Positions 47,741-55,225 of a stretch of 64,000 nt of DNA are shown piece by piece (the stretch's first letter is position 1; each line of letters opens with the position of its first letter). Origin of the DNA: Betaproteobacteria bacterium. GTDB taxonomy: Bacteria; Pseudomonadota; Gammaproteobacteria; Burkholderiales; Usitatibacteraceae. The notes under the pieces are model-generated. The model did not search any database. It was not told the DNA's origin and worked only from the letters and a program-made list of their open reading frames with translations. The stretch is taken from positions 39,245 through 103,244 of the forward strand of contig JAEUMZ010000149.1 of assembly GCA_016790765.1 (NCBI GenBank), given 5' to 3'. Made by a program: the position numbers and the translations under genes.

Positions 47741-48613
47741 TCAATACGTGATGGTCAGCGTGCGGGTCTGGCTGCCGCTGCAGGAACCCAGGCTGCCGCA
47801 GGTGCCGGCCTGGCTGGCGGCGATGGTGCCGCTGATCGAGTAATTCTGCACCACGCCGGTGCCGGTGGCGCTGGCGGCGGAGAGCGCCAGCGAGTAGTTC
47901 AGTCCCAGCAGCGTGCCGGAAGTCGCATCGAGCGCCAGCGTGTAGGGCAGGCCGGTGGTGCAGCGCACGCTGAAATTGGTGGAGGCCGCGGCGGCTGCCG
48001 CTTGGAACGAGGTGTACGCGAAACTCATCGCCCCCGGCGAGGTTTCGATTTCGCAACTGTTGGTGGTGATCACCGACACCGACAACGTGGTGGTGGCCAG
48101 GATGGTCCCGGTTCCGGTATCGCGCAGGGTGGCCGTCACGGTGTCGGTATAGGTGCCGGCCGGCCGCACCGCCTGGCTGCCGGCGAGCCGCAGGTCAAAC
48201 GTGCGCGTGTCGGTGGCCGACAATGCGGCGCCGAAATTGAGCGTGCCGGCGATCTGCGTGGCGGCATTGTTCTGCCAGCGGTTGGGATTGGTATACGGCG
48301 TCTGGCGATACAACTCGTACTGGTAGCGGTCCGTGGAAGCGCCCAATTGCACGCGGTTGATGGCCCCGGTCGGCTGCAGGCCGTTGTTGGCGCGCACGCT
48401 GTAATTCAGCGTGGCCGGATCGCCCATCAAGCGGGTGCAGGACACGGTGACGGTACCGGTGGAAATGTTCTCGGTCGCCACGGTCGGTGAATACACCACC
48501 GAGATCGACGACACCGTGACCGAGCAGGTGTATGCCGCCCACGCGGAACTGCCTGCCAAGAGCAGGGCCGCCAGGAAGGCGATGCGCATCGACTTGTGGA
48601 TCCAGTGAATCAT
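47741..48613 (-). CDS. two-domain spore-coat-U (SCPU) fimbrial protein, CsuE-like tip subunit
   Basis: Signal peptide MRIAFLAALLLAGSSAWA. Two tandem SCPU-like halves, each with a C...C pattern. C-terminus QTRTLTITY. Last gene of the chaperone-usher operon. Confidence 0.8.
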   Translation of the reverse strand: MIHWIHKSMRIAFLAALLLAGSSAWAAYTCSVTVSSISVVYSPTVATENISTGTVTVSCTRLMGDPATLNYSVRANNGLQPTGAINRVQLGASTDRYQYELYRQTPYTNPNRWQNNAATQIAGTLNFGAALSATDTRTFDLRLAGSQAVRPAGTYTDTVTATLRDTGTGTILATTTLSVSVITTNSCEIETSPGAMSFAYTSFQAAAAAASTNFSVRCTTGLPYTLALDATSGTLLGLNYSLALSAASATGTGVVQNYSISGTIAASQAGTCGSLGSCSGSQTRTLTITY

Positions 48614-48614
48614 G

Positions 48615-51395
48615 TCACTCCCTCGGCACGCCGCGACAGGTGACCGGCCCGATGCGGGCAATCTCGTCGGTCTTGCCGGGCGGCAGGTTGATGGTCATCT
48701 CGCAGCTCTTGCCGTTCCAGTTCAGGGTCAGGCGATTGCGGTCCTTCAATCCGGTGACGAACGCCTCGCCGCGCCGGGCGACGAAGAAATCCTGTTTGTC
48801 GCCCTGCAGCCTCAGCTCCGCCCCGGCCGGCGCCACGTCGCCGTCGTCGAACAGGATGCGGATCAGCGCGCCGCGGCCATCGCGCACCGGGAACGAGACC
48901 TTGACGGCGGTGCGGAAGCCGGGCACGGCAATCTGCTCGATGGTATCGAGTTCTGCATTGATGGGGAGTTCCGACGGGTCGAGCCGGATCGCGTTGCGGC
49001 GATACGGCAGCAGCCGCGTGATCAGGGCACTGCCGTCGGCGCCGGTGCGCGCAAACGTGCTGCTCTGGAATCCGACGCCGACATCGGCGTAGCCGGGCAC
49101 CTCGACCAGCGCGAAACTCTCCTGCACGCGACGCGAGGCAAACACGCGCTTGTCGATCAGCACCAATCCGCCCTGCACGCCGAGCCGCACGGCCTTCTGC
49201 GGGCGCGACGCGGAGGCATCGACCGTGGCCTGCCCGTAGCTGCCTTGCACATAGGCGCCCCCCTCGACCAGTGCACTGCCGGCACGGCTGCCTGCCAGTG
49301 CGCGCCAGCCGGTGCCGCTTTCGCTGCCCAGCGGCTGGCTGGCCGACACATAGGCGTCGGTCTGCCCGGCGCGCGAGGTCATGTTGCCGGTCAGCGCGCG
49401 CGTGTTCTCCAGCGGCACGGTGACGCTGACGCCGACCGATTCCGAGCGGCTGTTGCCGGACACCTTGGTGGCCGATACCGACACGGAGGCACCCCGGGCA
49501 AACTGCACCGAATAGTTGGCCGAGTACGTGGTCAGGATGCCCTGGTCGAAACTGTCGATGCGCGCGTATCCAACCCCCAAGTAGCCGAGGCCGGCGGCGG
49601 TGTACGTATAGCTCGCGGCGAGTTGCTTGCTGTAGCCCAGCGTATTGCTGGATTGGCCAAGCAGCCGGTATCCGCGGGTGCTGCCCTCGGCGCGCAACGT
49701 GAAGCCGTGGCGCAGGCTCGAATGCTCGACGCCCAGCGTCCACTGGTGGCCGCGGCCGGCCACGCGGTCATCGCTGACCGCGATCCCGGCCTGGCCGAGC
49801 AACTGGCCGGGCAGCGCGAGATTGGCCAGAGCGCCGGCCCCCCGGTTCTCGCGCCCGCCTTCGAGGTGGGCATCGAAAGTGAAATCGTCGGTGACGCCAT
49901 GGCGCACCACCATCGACCCGAAGCGTTGGCCGTAAGCCGCGTTGTCGGTGCCCAGATTCCTGCGCACCGCGCCGGCATCCAGACTCCAGTCGGTGAGCCC
50001 CTTGGCCAGCAGGTCCCCATGGCTGAAAAAACTCTGCACCAGCACGGTTTCGCGGCCGAGCACGTCACGCACCACCACCCGCGCCTGGCCGCTGCCGGTG
50101 AGCAATGGGAAGTTGTCGAGCACGAACGGCCCGGTGGGCACGCGCGAGGTCTGCCGCAGGGCATCGTTGACGTAGAGCTCCACCGTCGAGGGCGCGCTGG
50201 CCTGGCCGGCGATGGTGGGAATCGGCTGGGCGATGAAGCCGGGTGCGAATCCGAAGTTGCGCGCCAACTGAATGCCGCCGAAATACGTCGCGCGGCCGAG
50301 CGCGCCGGCGCGTGTGGTGGTGTCGCCCAGCTTGAAGGTCATGTCGCGCGAGGGAAAGTCGCGCACGAACGTCGTCTCCAGCCGCCGCCAGCTTGCGCTC
50401 GACGCATTGCTGAACAGGCCGCGCCCGGTATGCGCGCTGGTCAGCACGCCCCATTCGCTGCTGATCCCGAGTTCGACCAATGCGCCGAGGTCGCGCGTCG
50501 TCGCAAGGCCCTGCGGGCGGTTGAAATTCTGCGACAGGTCGTAATTGAGCCATGCCGCGGTGACCGCAGGCGTGAGCTCCGGCCGCTGCTCGCGCTCAGT
50601 CTGCAGGCGCGTGGCAGCGAAGGCCGCGGCCTGGAACTTGAGGTCGAGTGCCTGGTTGGCCACGTCCAGTTGCGACTGGAAGCCGGGCACCGCGGACAGC
50701 GGAAACCAGGTTTGCCCACGCTCCTGCAACGGCACGCTGTCCGGCCGGCGGTTCAGGCGCCATTCCTCGAAGGCCTCTGCCGGGGCGTAGAGGATGCCCG
50801 CGCGTTCCATCAACAGCCAGTTGCCGGTCTTTGCGCCATTGATGGTCACATCGAGCGGCAGGAAACGCGGCCTGGCGTCCCCAGGGGGGGCCGCCGGGCG
50901 GGGCACTGCGCTGGATGTGGCAACCAGCGGCACCACCGTTTGCGCGATCGGCGCCGGTGCGACCGGCGTGCGTGCGGCAGCTGCAGTCGAGGGCGGCCCG
51001 GAGGGCGGGACCGCCAAGGCACCAGACCGCCGCAGGTCGAGTACCTGCTCGCGGAAATAGTGCACGGCCTCAAGCCCCGGCACGGCCACCACCGAGTACC
51101 AGGTGGTCCCCGATGCGCTGACCGGCCTGGCATCGCTGCGGCGGGCGAGCTTCAGTTCGGAGAACAGACGATCCGGCGCGAACAGGACGCCATTGCGTTC
51201 GAGCAGTGTCCACGCACCGGCAGGGCGGCCATCCAGGCGCACCTCGACGTTCACCGATTTCAACGGCGCGGAATCGCCGTTGCGCTTCGCCGCCTGCGCG
51301 GCGGCGTCAGGAACCAGGCAGACCCAACCCCCGACCACCAGCGCGGCGGCGAATTGGCGTGCCGGGAACGGCACTGGGAGCCTTGAAAATCGCAT
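48615..51395 (-). CDS. fimbrial outer-membrane usher (CsuD-like) with duplicated N-terminal module
   Basis: 926 aa with a signal peptide, two homologous ~75-aa N-terminal modules separated by a Pro/Ala linker, and a large beta-barrel body (YFGGIQLARNFGF...). Confidence 0.88.
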   Translation of the reverse strand: MRFSRLPVPFPARQFAAALVVGGWVCLVPDAAAQAAKRNGDSAPLKSVNVEVRLDGRPAGAWTLLERNGVLFAPDRLFSELKLARRSDARPVSASGTTWYSVVAVPGLEAVHYFREQVLDLRRSGALAVPPSGPPSTAAAARTPVAPAPIAQTVVPLVATSSAVPRPAAPPGDARPRFLPLDVTINGAKTGNWLLMERAGILYAPAEAFEEWRLNRRPDSVPLQERGQTWFPLSAVPGFQSQLDVANQALDLKFQAAAFAATRLQTEREQRPELTPAVTAAWLNYDLSQNFNRPQGLATTRDLGALVELGISSEWGVLTSAHTGRGLFSNASSASWRRLETTFVRDFPSRDMTFKLGDTTTRAGALGRATYFGGIQLARNFGFAPGFIAQPIPTIAGQASAPSTVELYVNDALRQTSRVPTGPFVLDNFPLLTGSGQARVVVRDVLGRETVLVQSFFSHGDLLAKGLTDWSLDAGAVRRNLGTDNAAYGQRFGSMVVRHGVTDDFTFDAHLEGGRENRGAGALANLALPGQLLGQAGIAVSDDRVAGRGHQWTLGVEHSSLRHGFTLRAEGSTRGYRLLGQSSNTLGYSKQLAASYTYTAAGLGYLGVGYARIDSFDQGILTTYSANYSVQFARGASVSVSATKVSGNSRSESVGVSVTVPLENTRALTGNMTSRAGQTDAYVSASQPLGSESGTGWRALAGSRAGSALVEGGAYVQGSYGQATVDASASRPQKAVRLGVQGGLVLIDKRVFASRRVQESFALVEVPGYADVGVGFQSSTFARTGADGSALITRLLPYRRNAIRLDPSELPINAELDTIEQIAVPGFRTAVKVSFPVRDGRGALIRILFDDGDVAPAGAELRLQGDKQDFFVARRGEAFVTGLKDRNRLTLNWNGKSCEMTINLPPGKTDEIARIGPVTCRGVPRE

Positions 51396-51413
51396 GGCGC
51401 ATGGAAGCGGCCG

Positions 51414-52154
51414 TCAGGGCAGCATCACGTCGAAGGACTGCGACTTGCCGTCGTCGAAGGTCACCGCCAGTTGGGCGGCACCCTTTGCAAACGGCTTGTC
51501 GGACTTCAATGCCAGCGTCCTTGCGGCACCGGGCAGGATGTACGCGCCGCCTTCGAAGCGCGCTTCCGCGCCGTCGCGTTTGAGGACCGCTTCGCGCACT
51601 TGTGCGTAGGCGGTGCCGTCGTTCTTGCACACGGCGAGTACCTCACTCCCCTTCGCGGTGGCCGTGCAACCGACTTTGCGCGCGGCGGGCGGCGGGGTGA
51701 TGAAAACCGGCATCGACAGCGCCAGCGCCACGGGTACTTGGATGCTTTTTCCCGGTGTCGCGGCTTCGGGAATCTCGCGCACGATCAACCGGTAGGTCAG
51801 CTGCCGGGAGGCGTCTGCGGGCTTGAGCGACGCCAGCCGGACCACCTGCCGCGCCTTCGGGGCGAGCTTGATGATGGGGGGCGACAGCACCAGGTCGTCG
51901 GTGGGGGTCAACACGTCTGCGCCATCGGCGCCTTGCGACCACACGTTGAGTTCGGCCTGCAGGGCTACCGGCTGGTCGCCTTCGTTGCTCAGGGTCACCG
52001 CGATCGCGCGGTCCTTGGGGGTCATGAAGATTCGCACCGGCGTGACCGAAAACACGCCCGCCACCGCGGGCACGGCGATCGAGCCGGCCAGCGCGCCAAG
52101 CAGCGCGAGGGCGGACGGGCGAAACCTCGAATGGCGGGGGGCGTAGGTATTCAT
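51414..52154 (-). CDS. periplasmic fimbrial chaperone (PapD fold, CsuC-like)
   Basis: 246 aa with a signal peptide, then VTPVRIFM...AIAVTLSNEGDQPVALQA...LIVREIP, the typical chaperone pattern. Confidence 0.88.
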   Translation of the reverse strand: MNTYAPRHSRFRPSALALLGALAGSIAVPAVAGVFSVTPVRIFMTPKDRAIAVTLSNEGDQPVALQAELNVWSQGADGADVLTPTDDLVLSPPIIKLAPKARQVVRLASLKPADASRQLTYRLIVREIPEAATPGKSIQVPVALALSMPVFITPPPAARKVGCTATAKGSEVLAVCKNDGTAYAQVREAVLKRDGAEARFEGGAYILPGAARTLALKSDKPFAKGAAQLAVTFDDGKSQSFDVMLP

Positions 52155-52201
52155 CCTGCAAGAATACCAGCAAGGCTTCGCCGGGTCACGGTGGGGCGCG
52201 G

Positions 52202-52582
52202 TCAGAAACTGACCAGCATCTCCAGCGGGCCGTCATCATCGTCGAGGCGATAGATGCGCAGGGCCGTGATGGTGCCCAGGCCGGCCAGCTCGCCGCTGCC
52301 GGTGAGCCCGGTCAGGCCATCGATGCCGGAAAAGAAAAAACGAAACGCGCCGCCGTGCACACCCGCAAACGGCCGGCCGGGCTGCGGGGCGATATCGACG
52401 AACTGGCCGTTCTGGCACACCACGCGCACCAGCGCATTGGTGCTCGCCGACAAGGCCTGGCTCACGCAGATCCCGCCGGAGCGCTTCAAGTCGATGTTGA
52501 CCTTGAACGTCCCGCTGGTGGACCCGGCAAGACAAACGCCGCTGGTCAGTGCGAATGCGAGGGCACTGATCCAGCGGCGCAT
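52202..52582 (-). CDS. small secreted fimbrial-subunit-like protein (divergent minor subunit)
   Basis: 126 aa with a signal peptide. TSGTFKVNIDL parallels TTGTFNVNITL of the major subunit. The C-terminus EMLVSF parallels LTVTF and LTITY of the other subunits. No confident family assignment. Confidence 0.55.
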   Translation of the reverse strand: MRRWISALAFALTSGVCLAGSTSGTFKVNIDLKRSGGICVSQALSASTNALVRVVCQNGQFVDIAPQPGRPFAGVHGGAFRFFFSGIDGLTGLTGSGELAGLGTITALRIYRLDDDDGPLEMLVSF

Positions 52583-52616
52583 GATGTGAGTTCCGGTCTC
52601 GTCGCGCGGCGTCAGA

Positions 52617-53063
52617 TCAGAACGTGACGGTCAGCGTGCGCTGGCGGTTGGTCGCCGCCGCGTTGGTACAGGAACCGAGCGAAGCGCAGGTGCCACCTTG
52701 GCTGGCCGCAATCGAACCGCCGATGGTGTAGGCCTGGGCGGCGCCGGTGCCCGCGGCCGGGGTCGGCAGGCTGAGTGTGTAGGTCAGGTTGACCGCATCG
52801 TCGGTGGTCGTCAGGGCGTCAAGACCGAAGGTGTAGGGAACGCCATTGGTACAGGTCACGGAAAATCCGCCGCCGGAGGTCGGTGTGGCGGCAGCAGCCT
52901 GGAACGAGGTGTAGGCGAAATTGAGGTCGTTGATGGTGGTCAGCGTGCACGCAGTGGTCAGCGTGATGTTGACGTTGAACGTGCCAGTCGTGGTGCCGGC
53001 GTGGGCCACACCGCCGATCAACGAGGAAAAACCAAGGGCGGCCACGAGAAGAAGTTTTTTCAT
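52617..53063 (-). CDS. spore-coat-U domain major fimbrial subunit (CsuA/B-like)
   Basis: ATG at 53061-53063. MKKLLLVAALGFSSLIGGVAHA signal peptide, then TTGTFNVNITLTTAC...FSVTCTNGVPYTFGL...RTLTVTF. Confidence 0.85.
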   Translation of the reverse strand: MKKLLLVAALGFSSLIGGVAHAGTTTGTFNVNITLTTACTLTTINDLNFAYTSFQAAAATPTSGGGFSVTCTNGVPYTFGLDALTTTDDAVNLTYTLSLPTPAAGTGAAQAYTIGGSIAASQGGTCASLGSCTNAAATNRQRTLTVTF

Positions 53064-53216
53064 GTCAATCTCCGAAGGAAAGGAAACCCGCAAGTCCGGC
53101 ACTCGAACGGCGGGTGGCTTGCTTGAGACGAATGCTAGGGGGTGGTCCGGGACCGGTCAATGCCGTTCGTCGGTCGTTTGCCCACATTTAGCAATGTTTT
53201 ACGATAGGCGCGCGCT

Positions 53217-53238
53217 CAGTGTGCGGAAACGCACACTG
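53217..53238. promoter_or_regulatory. perfect 9-bp stem / GAAA-loop palindrome in the csu upstream region
   Basis: CAGTGTGCG-GAAA-CGCACACTG read directly. About 155 bp upstream of the major subunit start and about 180 bp downstream of the esterase stop. No U-tract on either strand. Confidence 0.3.
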
Positions 53239-53414
53239 CGAACCCGAACCAGCTGCTGCGTGTGTTGTGCGCTTGACCGCCATGGCCAAGGACTGCCGTC
53301 CCGCCGCGCGCAGCCCACGCGACCCACGGGGACGATTGAACGACCCGGCTTTTCGGCGCGCGGATGGCCAGGCGAAGTGGGGCCATTGGTGCGTCATGCC
53401 CGGCAGCCGCATGC

Positions 53415-54524
53415 CTAGTCGCCGCGTTGGGCCGGTGCTGCAGCGGTGTGGTCATTCAACTGGCTGCTGAAGAAATCCAGGATCGGCCGGTTGTAGGCGT
53501 CCAGCCAGAGATGGTTCGCCAGGCTGCGGCGGCCCCCCTGCAGTTCGAAATCCGGGGCGCCACGGTAGCCTTGTTCGCGAAGCCGCTGGCTGACCTTGCG
53601 GTTGCAGGACGCGTCGTTGATCCCGTCCTCGGCATGCCGAAAGACCCTGAACGCCGGTTTGATCGCGGGTTTTGCGCTGTCCCAAGGTTTTTCGTTCGGG
53701 TACGCCGCCGCGACGCAGGCGTCGCGTTCGGTGATCTGCTTCATCGTTTCGTTGTCGAATCCGGCACCGTGCACGGCTTTGCGCGCGGTCGTGCCGGCCT
53801 CGCAGCGGCGGTGCCAACCATATGGGTCGCCGCTCGACACCGGCGCGAACGCCGTGACCAGGTGGTCGAAGTGGGTGGCGGCGCGCACGGTCATGTAGCC
53901 GCCCGAGGACAGGCCGGTCATGAACATCTCGCGCCGGCTGTTGGCCGGCCGAACCATGGGAACGAACTCGCGCAGGACGGTCCCGATGAACGGCAGGTCG
54001 AGATTTGGACGGCGGCGCACTTCGTCATCCCAGACCTTTCCGCAGCGTCGATCCGCGTTGTCGGTGATCAAGTCGGATGAATTGAGCAGGAACACCGCGA
54101 AGCCCTCGGCCACCGCACCCTCGCTGAACGAAACCTGGGGCTCAAGGATGGGTGCATTGGCCACGCACCATTGAAAATGTTCTCCGCCGCCGCCGTGCAG
54201 GACGATCAGCGCCCCTTTGGGCCAGGCGCCTCCACCGGCCTTCCACAACAGCTTGCGCGGCACGCCCTCGACGGTGATCGCGACGCGTTTCCAGCCGCGC
54301 GCCATGCATTGCCGCTCCTGGGGCGTCACCTCATCGGCGCCGCTCCCAGGTTTCGCACCGGCGAGTTCACCGCTGATTCCCAGGACCACGCCGGACAATA
54401 GCGGCGCAAGCATCGTCATCCACGCACTTTCCTGCCGGATGACGGCCTGGGTCTCGGAACTTGCCGATTGCCGGGGATTGCTACGCCAAGGGGTTGCCAA
54501 GCCGGGTTCAGTGTCTTCGTTCAT
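53415..54524 (-). CDS. alpha/beta-hydrolase esterase (PHB-depolymerase/LpqC-like family)
   Basis: 369 aa with HGGGG oxyanion-like motif (LIVLHGGGGEH) and nucleophile elbow GLSSGGYM. The start is uncertain (54524, or the internal MTMLAPLL). Confidence 0.7.
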   Translation of the reverse strand: MNEDTEPGLATPWRSNPRQSASSETQAVIRQESAWMTMLAPLLSGVVLGISGELAGAKPGSGADEVTPQERQCMARGWKRVAITVEGVPRKLLWKAGGGAWPKGALIVLHGGGGEHFQWCVANAPILEPQVSFSEGAVAEGFAVFLLNSSDLITDNADRRCGKVWDDEVRRRPNLDLPFIGTVLREFVPMVRPANSRREMFMTGLSSGGYMTVRAATHFDHLVTAFAPVSSGDPYGWHRRCEAGTTARKAVHGAGFDNETMKQITERDACVAAAYPNEKPWDSAKPAIKPAFRVFRHAEDGINDASCNRKVSQRLREQGYRGAPDFELQGGRRSLANHLWLDAYNRPILDFFSSQLNDHTAAAPAQRGD

Positions 54525-54676
54525 GGGCGATCAAACGTGAATGTCCAACGTGACCCCATTCCAACGGGCCGGGCGAGCAGGTCTTGCAATCGCCTGCAGG
54601 ACGAAACCCGAGCGCTGGCGCGGTGTTCCAGCTATTTTCAGCCCAGCAGGCGCGCCAGCTCTGGGGTTGGATGTGC

Positions 54677-55225
54677 CTATCGCTTGATCGCGGTCATCCG
54701 CCGCAGGATTTGCGAGGCAGCGTCGCGTTCCATGTCCTGGTAGAGCTGCGCCTCTTCGAGTTGCTTGGCGATGATTTGCGAATCGTCGTAGGTGAGGATG
54801 CGCTGGAGCTGGATTTCGCTGGTCGGGATGTTGACCTTGCCCTTGCTGTCGCTCACCTGGTATTGCACCGTGAGCTTGAGTTGATACTCGCGCACCTTGC
54901 CCGCGCCGGACAGCGACAGGATCAGGCGCTCGCGGCGTTCCTGCGCGATGTTCAACTGCGCGTCCGCGTCCTTCGGCTGATCCGAGAGCCGGGTGGCGCT
55001 GTTGGTGATGTCGCGCTTCAGGCGTGTGGCCACTTGCGACGCCCCGGCCGACGACACGCTCACGCTGGCGAACGGCAGTGGGACGTCGCCCTTCAACTGG
55101 AAGCCGCAGGCGACCAGCATGCCCGATGCCGCAAGTGCTGCAAGCGCGCCGCGGAATCGGAAAGCAGGCCGGTCGTCCCCGCGAAGGCGGGGACCCAATT
55201 TGACTTTGCTGTTACACCACCACAT
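54677..55225 (-). CDS. lptE: LPS-assembly lipoprotein LptE
   Basis: Lipobox MLVAC|GFQLKG and an LptE/RlpB-like body. Immediately downstream of leuS (14-nt overlap if the ATG at 55225 is used). The start is uncertain. Confidence 0.8.
   Translation of the reverse strand: MWWCNSKVKLGPRLRGDDRPAFRFRGALAALAASGMLVACGFQLKGDVPLPFASVSVSSAGASQVATRLKRDITNSATRLSDQPKDADAQLNIAQERRERLILSLSGAGKVREYQLKLTVQYQVSDSKGKVNIPTSEIQLQRILTYDDSQIIAKQLEEAQLYQDMERDAASQILRRMTAIKR

Larger units (their letters stand above)
47741..54524 (-). other. accessory insertion: esterase plus archaic (Csu/SCPU-type) chaperone-usher pilus operon between lptE and holA
   Basis: Gene content as listed above. It is flanked by genes that are normally adjacent (leuS-lptE-holA). 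Confidence 0.7.

Noticed and set aside
48612-51386. 924-aa plus-strand ORF opposite the usher gene
   Set aside because: It is the mirror of the usher ORF. It has no signal peptide or motifs and a shadow-ORF composition, whereas the minus-strand product has clear usher features and operon context.
47741-54676. Chaperone-usher/esterase block as a classical genomic island or mobile element
   Set aside because: I saw no integrase, transposase, tRNA target, flanking direct repeats or obvious GC shift by eye. It is reported only as a synteny-breaking insertion.
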